Below, piece by piece: positions 43,323 through 53,009 of a stretch of DNA of 54,676 nt. The notes under the pieces are model-generated. The model was not told the DNA's origin and did not search any database. It worked only from the letters and a program-made list of their open reading frames with translations. The position numbers were made by a program, and so were the translations under genes. Each line of letters begins with the position of its first letter. Position 1 is the stretch's first letter. Origin of the DNA: Candidatus Woesearchaeota archaeon (GTDB lineage: Archaea > Nanobdellota > Nanobdellia > Pacearchaeales > GW2011-AR1); contig CAYYKU010000001.1 of assembly GCA_964440825.1 (NCBI GenBank), positions 1 to 54,676 on the forward strand, written 5' to 3'.

Positions 43323-43421
43323 GCGCTGTTAGTATAATGGTAGTATAGTTGGTTTCCATCAAACGTCTTTGGGCAATTGCGAAAAAACCAATTGGCTCGG
43401 GTCCGATTCCCGAACGGCGCA
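43323..43421 (+). tRNA. tRNA-Trp (anticodon CCA) with a ~26-nt intron at or next to the canonical 37/38 site
   Basis: 99 nt. Acceptor GCGCTGT/ACGGCGC (one G-U), anticodon stem TTGGT...ACCAA separated by TTCCA + ~26 nt + A(A). Removing 26 nt gives a 73-nt body. The D-arm and T-loop (TCCGATT) are atypical. Confidence 0.6.
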
Positions 43422-43484
43422 TATATACAGTGTAATGGTTAAGGATACCGGCGCATTTATATACAATAAATCGTTAATAAAAAA

Positions 43485-44369
43485 ATGATAAATAAAGAAA
43501 AATTCAGTGGTTGGTATGACAAGAATTACAAAATTATTTTACTAATTCCTTTAATTGTGGTTATTGCTTCTCTTGCTCATTTAGCTTACTTTTATTCCCA
43601 AACTGGAGATATTATGTATAAAGACGTATCTCTTAAAGGCGGAACAGTTATTACTTTAACTGGAGATATAGATACTTCGTATTTAGAATCAAATCTTCCA
43701 AAATATTTTGAGGATGTTTCCTTTAGAAAACTTACAGAAGTAGGATCTGGTAAACAAATAGCTTTTGTAATTGAAACTTCTGCAAAACCAGACGAGGTCA
43801 AATCAAAAATTTCAGAAATGAGTACTGGATTGACTGATGAAAATATTAGCACTGAATTCACAGGTCCTTCTCTTAGCGCAAGTTTTTACAAACAATTAAT
43901 GTATGCTATTCTTATTTCATTCGTATTGATGTCAATAGTTATTTTCTTTTTATTTAAATCGTTTGTTCCAAGTATTGCAGTTATCTTTGCTGCTTTTTCT
44001 GATATTGTTGTTCCATTAACAATATTGAATATTTTAGGTGCAACAATTTCTTCTGCTGGAATTGCAGCATTTTTGATGCTTATAGGTTATTCTGTAGATA
44101 CTGATATTTTATTGACTAGTAGAGTTCTTAAGAAAAAAGAAGGAACTGTTAACCATAGAATATTTGGAGCTTTCAGTACAGGTATGATGATGACTGGAAC
44201 TTCTCTAGCTGCTGTTCTTCCTGCTTTCTTTTTAATTTCTGGTTTACCTGATTCATTTAGACAAATTTTCCTTATTCTTGCACTTGGTTTAATAACAGAT
44301 ATTTTTAGTACATGGATGACTAATGCTTCAATAATTAAATGGTATTGTGATAGTAAAAATATAAAATGA
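43485..44369 (+). CDS. secF: protein-export membrane protein SecF
   Basis: 294 aa. N-terminal TM, periplasmic domain, then 5 TM segments with GYSVDTDILL. ATGA overlap with secD. Confidence 0.85.
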   Translation: MINKEKFSGWYDKNYKIILLIPLIVVIASLAHLAYFYSQTGDIMYKDVSLKGGTVITLTGDIDTSYLESNLPKYFEDVSFRKLTEVGSGKQIAFVIETSAKPDEVKSKISEMSTGLTDENISTEFTGPSLSASFYKQLMYAILISFVLMSIVIFFLFKSFVPSIAVIFAAFSDIVVPLTILNILGATISSAGIAAFLMLIGYSVDTDILLTSRVLKKKEGTVNHRIFGAFSTGMMMTGTSLAAVLPAFFLISGLPDSFRQIFLILALGLITDIFSTWMTNASIIKWYCDSKNIK

Positions 44370-45886
44370 AAATTACATTAAAGATCTGGATATTGTTTTT
44401 TGTTCTGCTTTTCTCTATTTTAGCAATTGCTCCTTGGCATTATTTTGATTCAGGCGTGCTAATCAAAAGCGTAGAAAAAAACTCTTCAGCATATGATTCT
44501 GGTGTACGTTCTGGGATGATCATTACCTCCATAAATGGACAAGCCATAAAAGATATGAATGAATACTCTTCCATTATCTCTAATAATTTTATTTCTAATG
44601 ATACTCAAAAAATTGTATTAAATACAAATTCTGGAGAATTTATTTTCTTATCTAAAGATCTAGCTCTCTCTGTGGTAGAAGTTCCAAAATCAAATATTAA
44701 AACAGGTCTTGATTTGAGTGGCGGCGCAAGAGCAATGGTAAGGGCTGCGAATATTTCCCTTTCAAAAGCAGAGGTTGACGATTTAGTATCTATTACTACT
44801 GAAAGACTGAATACCTTTGGTTTAAGCGATATTGTAATAAAATCAGTTTCTGATTTAAGTGGAGAAAATTATATGCTCATTGAAATTGCAGGCTCCACAA
44901 CTACTGAACTTAAAGAATTATTAGAAAGCCAAGGTAAATTTGAAGCTAAAATTGGAAATGAGACAGTATTCATTGGAGGAGATAGAGATGTTACGTATGT
45001 GGGTGTTAGTGGTCAGGATGCGGGAATTTATTCATGTAATCAAGGTACAGACAATTATTATTGTGAATTTAGATTTGTAATTTCTTTATCTGAAAAGGCA
45101 GCACAGAGACAAGCAGATGTTACTTCCAATCTTTCTGTTAATCTTTCCTCTGGAGGAAAATATTTAGAAAAACCTTTAGATCTTTTTGTAGATGATGGTT
45201 TATTAGATACTCTTCAAATTGGTGCAGATCTTAAGGGAAGAGCAACAACTTCTATTCAAATATCTGGTTCTGGTACTGGTGCAACTCAACAAGATGCATA
45301 TAAAGATGCACAAGCAAGCATGAAGAAATTACAGACAATATTAAAGACTGGAAGTTTACCTTACAAATTAGAGATTGTTAAACTAGACTCTATATCTCCT
45401 GCTTTAGGAAAAGAATTTACAAAGAACTTGATTTATTTAGCATTACTTGTCTTTGGCATAATCTCTGTGGTTCTTCTTGTAAGATATAGAAAAATGAAAG
45501 TTACTGGTGCTGTTATTTTAACTATGTTTTCCGAAGCAGTTATTACTTTGGCTGTCGCAACACTTCTGAAACAAAACTTAGATGCTGCAAGTATTGCAGG
45601 TATAATTGCAGGAATGGGTACTGGTGTAGATGATCAGATTGTTATCTTATCTGAGTCTTTCAATAAAGAAGATTCACATGTAAAGCTTAAAGAAAGAATC
45701 AAGAGGGCCTTCTTTATTGTTACTGGTGCATTCTTTACTGTAATTGCTGCAATGATCCCACTATTCTGGGCTGGTGCAGGTATGTTAAGGGGCTTCGCAT
45801 TAACAACTATTATTGGTATCACTGCAGGTATTTTGATTACTCGACCTGCTTTTGCTGATATTATTGAACAAATCAAAGGAGACTAA
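44366..45886 (+). CDS. secD: protein-export membrane protein SecD
   Basis: 506 aa. N-terminal TM, large extracytoplasmic domain (LDLSGGARAMV), C-terminal 5-TM bundle with GMGTGVDDQIVI. Confidence 0.85.
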   Translation: MKITLKIWILFFVLLFSILAIAPWHYFDSGVLIKSVEKNSSAYDSGVRSGMIITSINGQAIKDMNEYSSIISNNFISNDTQKIVLNTNSGEFIFLSKDLALSVVEVPKSNIKTGLDLSGGARAMVRAANISLSKAEVDDLVSITTERLNTFGLSDIVIKSVSDLSGENYMLIEIAGSTTTELKELLESQGKFEAKIGNETVFIGGDRDVTYVGVSGQDAGIYSCNQGTDNYYCEFRFVISLSEKAAQRQADVTSNLSVNLSSGGKYLEKPLDLFVDDGLLDTLQIGADLKGRATTSIQISGSGTGATQQDAYKDAQASMKKLQTILKTGSLPYKLEIVKLDSISPALGKEFTKNLIYLALLVFGIISVVLLVRYRKMKVTGAVILTMFSEAVITLAVATLLKQNLDAASIAGIIAGMGTGVDDQIVILSESFNKEDSHVKLKERIKRAFFIVTGAFFTVIAAMIPLFWAGAGMLRGFALTTIIGITAGILITRPAFADIIEQIKGD

Positions 45887-45887
45887 T

Positions 45888-46349
45888 ATGCTTCCTAAAT
45901 GGCACTTTCTTTATGGATATGTTTTTTCCATAATTCTTGTTTATTTTTTCCATTTTAGTTTATTTGCTGGTTTGGTTGTATTTTTATCTTCGATATTTAT
46001 TGATTTAGATCATGTTTTGATTTATTTTATAAAAACAAAAAATCTGCATCCTTTTAAGTTTTATAACTGGTCTTTAGTTAGGAAAGAAATATGGAATAAA
46101 CTATCTTCTAAAGAGAAAGAAGATTTCAAAAGACCTCATTTTATTCTACACGGTTTAGAAGCAGTACTTATTTTAATATTGTTGTCTTATTTACACGTAT
46201 TTTTCTTTTGGATACTTTTAGGGGTTTTGTTACATTTAATTTTAGATTTTATAGTTTTATTTTACGAAAGGGAACACCTAGCTATTAAAACTTCTCAAAT
46301 TTGGCTTTGGCAAAGAAATAAAAACAGAAAAGAGTTTATTATAAGATGA
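45888..46349 (+). CDS. membrane protein, DUF457/YdjM-like (putative metal-dependent membrane hydrolase)
   Basis: I prefer the ATG at 45888 (MLPKWHFLYGY...), just after the secD stop. Polytopic, with H/D residues at helix ends (DLDHVL, HFILHGLE, HLILD). Confidence 0.4.
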   Translation: MLPKWHFLYGYVFSIILVYFFHFSLFAGLVVFLSSIFIDLDHVLIYFIKTKNLHPFKFYNWSLVRKEIWNKLSSKEKEDFKRPHFILHGLEAVLILILLSYLHVFFFWILLGVLLHLILDFIVLFYEREHLAIKTSQIWLWQRNKNRKEFIIR

Positions 46350-47710
46350 AGCAAGCATTCGGTTTTACAAAAAGATTATTACATAGGGATTTTTCAGGTT
46401 ATACTGGCATGGCTGTTAAAAATTCAATTTATTCTTTTTTAACAAGTACTCTTGCAAAAGTAGGCTCTCTTCTTTTTACTGCAGTTTTGATCGGCTCTAC
46501 TTTTTTAGTAAAATTATTTAGTCTTTTTAATATAGAATTAAAACCTCTTTTAACTCCTGAATTATTTGGTTTGTATTCTCTTTCTCTTTCTACAATTCTT
46601 ATTTTTGCAGGCTTTTCTGATTTAGGTATTGGGAGTGCGTTGGTCCGATATATTTCAAAGTATAATAAAAATTCTTTAGGGTACATTAAATACTTAGTAA
46701 AACTTAAGGTAGTTCTAACTTCAATAGTTGCTTTAGTTTTAATAATTTCATCTTACTTTATTGCTAGCTTTTATCAAAAACCTATTTTCCTAGCCCTTTT
46801 AGCTGGTTCAGTTTATATTTTAAGTATGAGTTTGCTTGGTTTTATTTCCGGTTTCTTCCAGGCTGAAAACAATTTTAGGATCATATTTAATAGAGAGTTC
46901 ATCTTCCAAATTTTAAGATTAATACTTGTGCCTATTGCAATAATTTATTCTCTGGCCTATTCTTCACAATTTATATTATTTGTAATTTTAATTACTCTTT
47001 CCTTATGTTATTTCTTAGCTCTTCTTTTTCTTAAATTAAATTTGAATAAATATCGTGGTAAAAATTTAAGTTTGAATCAGAAAAAAGAAGTTAATAAGTT
47101 TATATTGCCTTTAACGGTTACTGCCCTATCTGGAACTTTCTTTGGTTATATTGATATCATCATGTTAGGTAAATTTGTTGAAGCTTCATATATTGCCTAT
47201 TATCAAGCTGCCTTTGCTCTTTTAGGTTCGGGGATTACTATCATTTCTTTCAGTGCTGTTTTATTCCCCATTTTTTCTAGGTTGAAAGGTGCAAGGTTAC
47301 TTAATGGTTTAAAAAAAGCTATATTAGTTACTCTTCCGATCTCTATTTTAGGCGGTGCCTTTACTTATTTCATAGCTCCTCTTGCTATCTTTTATATCTA
47401 TAATGCAGATTATCTACCTGCAGTAAAAATACTTCAGGCCCTTTCTATTTTGTTTCTTACAGACCCTATAATTGCAATTTACAGTAGTTTCTTTATTTCT
47501 GAAGGGAAGAGCTATTTTGTTGCAAAAGTCCTTATAATTTCCACTTTAATCAATATTGTGTTAAATTATCTACTTATCACTAGTTTATTGCCCTCTGGAG
47601 ACTATTCTGCGGTTTTTGGGGCAGTTATTGCGACAATCGTTAGTAGAATTATCTATTTAGGAATGTTTGTCTATAAAGGCTCTTTTAATAATCAGGCCAA
47701 AAATAATTAA
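46346..47710 (+). CDS. oligosaccharide/polysaccharide flippase (MOP/Wzx family)
   Basis: 454 aa with ~12 TM segments. Typical Wzx N-terminus (KNSIYSFLTSTLAKVGSLLFTAVL) and the context of a glycan cluster. Confidence 0.7.
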   Translation: MKQAFGFTKRLLHRDFSGYTGMAVKNSIYSFLTSTLAKVGSLLFTAVLIGSTFLVKLFSLFNIELKPLLTPELFGLYSLSLSTILIFAGFSDLGIGSALVRYISKYNKNSLGYIKYLVKLKVVLTSIVALVLIISSYFIASFYQKPIFLALLAGSVYILSMSLLGFISGFFQAENNFRIIFNREFIFQILRLILVPIAIIYSLAYSSQFILFVILITLSLCYFLALLFLKLNLNKYRGKNLSLNQKKEVNKFILPLTVTALSGTFFGYIDIIMLGKFVEASYIAYYQAAFALLGSGITIISFSAVLFPIFSRLKGARLLNGLKKAILVTLPISILGGAFTYFIAPLAIFYIYNADYLPAVKILQALSILFLTDPIIAIYSSFFISEGKSYFVAKVLIISTLINIVLNYLLITSLLPSGDYSAVFGAVIATIVSRIIYLGMFVYKGSFNNQAKNN

Positions 47711-48181
47711 AAGTAAGATAAGTATCATTCCCAATGTTATATTTGTTTTATTTGTTTTTCCTATTACATTTCCCGTAATTAGACTGATTGTCTCAATAGT
47801 TCCCACTTGTTCTACTTTTAAATCAACCCAGCTACTTATTTCGATCATACTTTTCTCATCATAAAAATAAATAATCCCTGAAAGATTTCCTGCTTTTTCA
47901 GGTGTAAAGCAGATTTCATATTTCCCTTTGGATAAATAAGAATAGTTTATTTCTAGTTTTATCTTTTCTTTTGTTAGTGTGTATTTGGACAAATTACCTT
48001 CTCCGTTGTAAGTCCATTTAGAACTTATTTTATAATCTGTTTCAGGTAAAATCCATATATTTGTGCAGTTAGTTTCGTACTGGTTTAGATTTAGTTCTTG
48101 TTGTGTTGGAGAAATCTTAACTGCAGAAGAAAAACTAATTGAAATTACTAAGATAATAAATAAACTTACAATTTTTTTCAT
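47657..48181 (-). CDS. secreted protein with a C-terminal TM anchor
   Basis: 174 aa. Signal peptide, beta-rich body with N-x-S/T sequons, C-terminal TM LGMILILLLIIFGLII. Confidence 0.5.
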   Translation of the reverse strand: MKKIVSLFIILVISISFSSAVKISPTQQELNLNQYETNCTNIWILPETDYKISSKWTYNGEGNLSKYTLTKEKIKLEINYSYLSKGKYEICFTPEKAGNLSGIIYFYDEKSMIEISSWVDLKVEQVGTIETISLITGNVIGKTNKTNITLGMILILLLIIFGLIIKRAFIDKHS

Positions 48182-48215
48182 AAGTATTACTAAAAAATAT
48201 GTTTTATAAAATTAA

Positions 48216-48809
48216 TTATGGGGAAGGATCAGATACACTATTCCAAGCAGGGATAACTATAAATTTTACTGTGTTTCTATAATTTTCCATTGTAAAAGGA
48301 ATTACTTCATTATACTCTGATAAGTCAAGTTTAATAGATTGAACACCATTAATACTAGTGGCATTTTCTAATCCTCCGGATTCTATTGTTGACCAATATC
48401 CTTCATTTTCAGTTAGATTAAATTTTAATGAGTAATCTCCTAATTTCTTCCATCCACTAGTGTATGTTCTTGCAAAATATAAATTTGAAAAGATTTTGTC
48501 ATTTGCACTTTCTAGTGATGGAAAAATTTCTACATTGATATTACCTCTAGCTTTTATTTTATACTTTTGTCTGTAAAGATCAGAAGATTTTCCTGGAGTA
48601 ACTGGGCCAAAATCTATTTCACTTGTATTTAGCCAAGCTTCTGCATAATATTGAGTAGCCTGCACTTCTGCAACAACGTCAAATTCTGCAGAAGTGTTTG
48701 TAATTGTATTTGTTGAATTTCCAATAAAAGTTCCATTTGTACTAGCAGAAACAAATCCCAAATAAAATAGAAAGCTAAACGCAAACAATACAAATATTTT
48801 TTTATTCAT
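48216..48809 (-). CDS. secreted protein, unknown function
   Basis: 197 aa. Signal peptide MNKKIFVLFAFSFLFYLGFVSAS, beta-rich. Confidence 0.5.
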   Translation of the reverse strand: MNKKIFVLFAFSFLFYLGFVSASTNGTFIGNSTNTITNTSAEFDVVAEVQATQYYAEAWLNTSEIDFGPVTPGKSSDLYRQKYKIKARGNINVEIFPSLESANDKIFSNLYFARTYTSGWKKLGDYSLKFNLTENEGYWSTIESGGLENATSINGVQSIKLDLSEYNEVIPFTMENYRNTVKFIVIPAWNSVSDPSP

Positions 48810-48866
48810 TAAAGAATTTTAATCCACGGGTTATTTAAATATTTCTTTTTAAAAATAATTTTATAA

Positions 48867-49661
48867 TCAGTAAGCCAAGTAGTCTTGCGTACCTATTTTC
48901 TTATATTTGTAATGATTTTTATCTAAAACAATTCTTATTTTTCTAAAACATTCATCATTCCAAGCTTCTAAAAGTATCTTTGGATGATATTTTTTTAATG
49001 TTTTATTTGCACCAATTAACACGTCGGCTTCTGCACCTTCTACATCTATTTTTATTAGTCTTATATTTTTTATTTTATTTTTTAAGACAATATTGTCTAA
49101 GGTATCTACTTCAATTTCAATAAATTTATTTGTTCTTTTAATAAGTGAATGCGCTCCATTTCCCTCTTCTTCTCCATCTAAATAAAATCTTAGCTTACCT
49201 TTTTTTGAAAAAAGACCCTTTCTAATTGGTAAAATATTTTTTAAATTATTCAGTTCTATATTTTTTTCAAGAATTAAAAAATTTTTTATCTCAGGCTCAA
49301 AAGACACAACTGTTCCGCGTTCCTTCAATTGTTTTCCAACAATAACTGAATATTTTCCGATATTTGCTCCAATATCTATAAAAGTTCCTTCTTTTAGGGA
49401 AAAGTAGTCTCTTAATTCTGGCTCATAAAATGAACTAGAAGTCCAGGCCGCAAAGATACTTTTGCCGCAAAAGAATTTGCCTTCTTTATTACTAATAATG
49501 ACTTCGCGATTTAAATAATGTGGAAAATCATGACCTACCATTCTATAAAAAATACGAATTGGCATCTTAAGAAAATAATAGGTTAAAGACAATTTATCTT
49601 TCCAAGAATCCCCCTCAACTATTAATTTAGAATACTCTTTTAATGCAGTAATTACCTTCAT
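48867..49661 (-). CDS. FkbM-family SAM-dependent methyltransferase
   Basis: 264 aa. FIDIGANIGKYS, VVSFEPEIKNF, KIDVEGAEADVL. Confidence 0.8.
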   Translation of the reverse strand: MKVITALKEYSKLIVEGDSWKDKLSLTYYFLKMPIRIFYRMVGHDFPHYLNREVIISNKEGKFFCGKSIFAAWTSSSFYEPELRDYFSLKEGTFIDIGANIGKYSVIVGKQLKERGTVVSFEPEIKNFLILEKNIELNNLKNILPIRKGLFSKKGKLRFYLDGEEEGNGAHSLIKRTNKFIEIEVDTLDNIVLKNKIKNIRLIKIDVEGAEADVLIGANKTLKKYHPKILLEAWNDECFRKIRIVLDKNHYKYKKIGTQDYLAY

Positions 49662-49711
49662 TTTATTTGGAGATTCAATAGCTTTATAAATATTTCTTCT
49701 TCAATATCTTT

Positions 49712-50913
49712 ATGAGAATTTTAATAGTTCATCAAGAACTTAGTTATTTTTATGGAGGGGTAGAAAATCATTTAAAAGAAGTTGTAAAAAATTAGTTATA
49801 AGAGGACATGAAGTTTTAATTTTAACTGAAAAATCTCTTTTTGATTCATTAAAGGAAATTAAAAAATTAAATAATGTAAATGTTATTTATTTAAGCTCAT
49901 TAAAAATTCGTAGAAGCGATAATTTTAAAAAAATATCTAGTAGTGTCTCTGGGCAGTTAAATAATAAACACTCAATTACTAAGTATATTAGGCTTATTAG
50001 TCATTCAGGATGGATGTTGAATTCTTCTAGGTGGATATTGACAAATAGAAAAAAATTCGATATTGTCTGGGTAAGTAAACATTCAGATACAGTCTCTTTA
50101 CAGTTAATTAATCATATTCTGAAAATGCCTTATGTTAGTTCTTTAGAAGGATACGATCCGATAGAGGCGGAAAGTGCAAAAAAATCAAAATATGTTTTTG
50201 CAATTTCAAATTTTATAAAAGAAAAATGTGAAAAAGATTATAAATATTCTCCTGAAATGATAACTATTGGCGTAGATACTCTCAAATTTGAAAAAGTTAA
50301 AATTTCAGAAATAAATAAGATTAAAAAAAAATACTGTCCAAATAAAGAATTCTTAGTTCTTAACGTAGGAAGACTTGTAGGTCCAAAAGATATGGAAACA
50401 TTCGTAAGGGCTGCTCTAGAAGTTAGTAGGGTGTGCTCTAAAATTAAATTTTTAATTTGTGGCAATGGGCCTGAGAAGAGTAGAATTATTAGATTAATAA
50501 ATGAGTACAAACTTCAAAAAAAAGTTTTTTTAATAAGTGACCTAACAGACAAAGAAATTGTAAAATATTTTCGTTCTGCTGATCTTTTTGTACATGTTCC
50601 TAAGTCTAGTAATCATTTTGGAGTTGTGTATCTTGAAGCAATGGCAGCAGGATTACCTATTATTGCAGCTAATGAAGATGCAACTCCCCATACAGTGGGA
50701 AATGCAGCTATTTTGGTAAAAAAAGAGAATCCAGAAGAGATGTCGAAGGCGATTATTAAATTGTTTAAAGATAGAAAATTGTCAACCAAGCTTTCAAAAA
50801 ATGCCAGAATTAAAGTAGAAAAAGAGTTTAATTGGGAGATTATTGTTGATAAATTAGAAAATTTTTTTGAAAAGGCAATTAGAAATAATCAATCATATAA
50901 TTTAGATCATTAA
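49712..50913 (+). pseudogene. GT4-family glycosyltransferase interrupted by a frameshift in an A6 run (49786-49791)
   Basis: Frame 1 reads MRILIVHQELSYFYGGVENHLKEVVKN*. The frame that continues ..KKLVIRGHEVLILTEK.. runs without stops into the track ORF 50014..50913 (GT4 C-domain: GPEK...ADLFVHVPK...FGVVYLEAMAAGLPIIA). One extra A would give a ~400-aa intact GT4. Confidence 0.75.
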
Positions 50914-50929
50914 AAATTTTTATAGATTC

Positions 50930-51976
50930 TTAAAATCTTTCGTCTTTATTTTTTAACATTTCTTTATCAGAATCCATCATCATTTTAACCAAATCTTTAA
51001 ACTTAGTCTTTGGAGTCCATCCAAGAACATTTTTTGCTTTAGTTGCATCACCCAAAAGCAATTCAACTTCTGCTGGTCTAAAGTATTTAGGATCAATTCC
51101 AACAATTAATTTTCCAGTATCTTTGTCTTTTCCAACTTCATTTATTCCTTGTCCGCTCCATACAATATTATATCCTACTTCTTTTGCAGATTCTTCTACA
51201 AATTCTCTTACAGAATGAGTTTCACCAGTGGCAATAACAAAGTCATCTGATTTTTCCTGTTGTAGCATTAGCCACATAGCTTCAACATAATCTCCTGCAA
51301 ATCCCCAGTCTCTTTTTGCATCCAAATTTCCTAAATAAATTGCATCTCGTACTCCTTCTTTTATTTCACATAATCCTCTGGTAATTTTCCTAGTAACAAA
51401 ATTTCTTCCCCTCCTAGGAGATTCGTGATTAAACAAAATTCCATTACTTGCAAACATATTGTAAGATTCTCTATAATTTCTAGTTATCCAATAAGCATAT
51501 AATTTTGCGCAACCATATGGGCTACGTGGATGAAGTGGGGTTGTTTCTTTTTGGGGCGTCTCAGCAACAAGACCAAACATTTCGCTTGAAGATGCTTGAT
51601 AAAGTTTAATTTTTTGATCCACTGCTTTAATTGTTTCTAGTAATCTTGTAGCACCTATACCTACTACATCGCCAGTGTATTCTGGTTGGTCAAAAGAAAT
51701 TCTTACATGAGATTGTGCTCCTAAATTATATATTTCATCCGGTTTAATATCATTTATGACTCGAAAAAGAGAACTAGAGTCAGATAAATCTGCATAGTGT
51801 AATTTTATTAGATTGCCTTCACTTTCTTCAGAAGGATGAAGATGATCAATTCTGCCTCTATTAAAAGAAGAGCTTCTTCTAGCTATACCATGAACCTCAT
51901 AACCTTTGTCAAGTAAGAACTCTGCTAAATAAGACCCGTCTTGTCCAGTAATGCCTGTAATTAGTGCATTTTTCAT
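50930..51976 (-). CDS. gmd: GDP-mannose 4,6-dehydratase
   Basis: 348 aa. [28 protein letters not shown]...SSSEMFG...[12 protein letters not shown]...NHESPRRG. Confidence 0.95.
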   Translation of the reverse strand: MKNALITGITGQDGSYLAEFLLDKGYEVHGIARRSSSFNRGRIDHLHPSEESEGNLIKLHYADLSDSSSLFRVINDIKPDEIYNLGAQSHVRISFDQPEYTGDVVGIGATRLLETIKAVDQKIKLYQASSSEMFGLVAETPQKETTPLHPRSPYGCAKLYAYWITRNYRESYNMFASNGILFNHESPRRGRNFVTRKITRGLCEIKEGVRDAIYLGNLDAKRDWGFAGDYVEAMWLMLQQEKSDDFVIATGETHSVREFVEESAKEVGYNIVWSGQGINEVGKDKDTGKLIVGIDPKYFRPAEVELLLGDATKAKNVLGWTPKTKFKDLVKMMMDSDKEMLKNKDERF

Positions 51977-52154
51977 AAAAATAATGTTTATTTGTTCTTT
52001 TTAAGAATTTCTATTCTAGAGAGTATGTATAATTACTTATAATTGGATTGCCTTTACGGCAAAAAGTAATGTGTTAGTAAATTAGATATTTTTAAATTAA
52101 TTAGGGATGAAAGGCAAAACATTAATTTAAAAATAAGATTTTTTATATGGTCTT

Positions 52155-53009
52155 ATGAAAGTTTTAATATTTGGTGCTTCTGGTTTTTTAGGAACAAAAC
52201 TTGTTGATTATTTTTCTAAAGAAAATACTGTATTTGGAACTGGTCAGGAAAACTCTACTGACAGAATTTTTGCCTTAGACGCAACAAATCCTGCTGAAAT
52301 AGATCATATAATTTATACTGTTAAACCAGATTTAGTAATAAATACTATAGGAGTTACTAATTCTTTAGAATGTGAAAAAAATCCTCTTCTAGCAGAAAAG
52401 GTAAATTTTCTTGCTGCAAAAAAAGTCTCAGACATTTCAAAAAAAATAGGAGCAAAGCAAGTTTTTATTTCTTCAAGTTATGTTTTCGAAGGAAATAAAG
52501 GTAATTACACTGAAGAAGACTTGCCCACCCCTCAGACAAAATACGGGCAAACAAAGCTTATGGCTGAAAAAGCTGTACTTTCAAATGAAGGAATAGTTAT
52601 CCGAGTTGATGTTATGTATGGGTTTAATGGCATTGAAAAACCAAATGGCGTTTTGGGCAAGGTAATAAAAAATAATATCCTTGAAGAAAGAAATCCTAAT
52701 CAAAAAAGAACTCCTCTTTTTATAGATGATTTACCTGAGATAATTTTTAAACTAGTTTCTAAAAATGCTTCAGGTATCTTTCATGTAGGAGGTCCAGACA
52801 GTATGGATATGTATTCTTTTCTAAATCTCTTAAAAGAGGTAGCCGGTTCGCCCGTACAAATTGTCAGGGTAGATGATCCTCATGCATTAGTTAAACCTCC
52901 TCAGAATGCAACAATCTCTATTCAAAAAATAAATCAACTAGGAATAAAAACAACATCACTTGAAAAAGGACTATTAATCTTAAAAGAACAACTAAACAAT
53001 TTTAGATAA
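52155..53009 (+). CDS. RmlD-like SDR (NDP-4-keto-6-deoxyhexose reductase family)
   Basis: 284 aa. VLIFGASGFLGTKL, YGQTKLMAEK (YxxxK). Size and layout match the dTDP-4-dehydrorhamnose reductase family. Confidence 0.7.
   Translation: MKVLIFGASGFLGTKLVDYFSKENTVFGTGQENSTDRIFALDATNPAEIDHIIYTVKPDLVINTIGVTNSLECEKNPLLAEKVNFLAAKKVSDISKKIGAKQVFISSSYVFEGNKGNYTEEDLPTPQTKYGQTKLMAEKAVLSNEGIVIRVDVMYGFNGIEKPNGVLGKVIKNNILEERNPNQKRTPLFIDDLPEIIFKLVSKNASGIFHVGGPDSMDMYSFLNLLKEVAGSPVQIVRVDDPHALVKPPQNATISIQKINQLGIKTTSLEKGLLILKEQLNNFR

Noticed and set aside
47657-47710. 54-nt convergent overlap between the flippase 3' end and the 174-aa anchored-protein gene
   Set aside because: Both ORFs look real. The overlap involves only the low-information basic and hydrophobic tails, so I treat it as a tolerated convergent overlap or a slight end mis-call, not as a feature.
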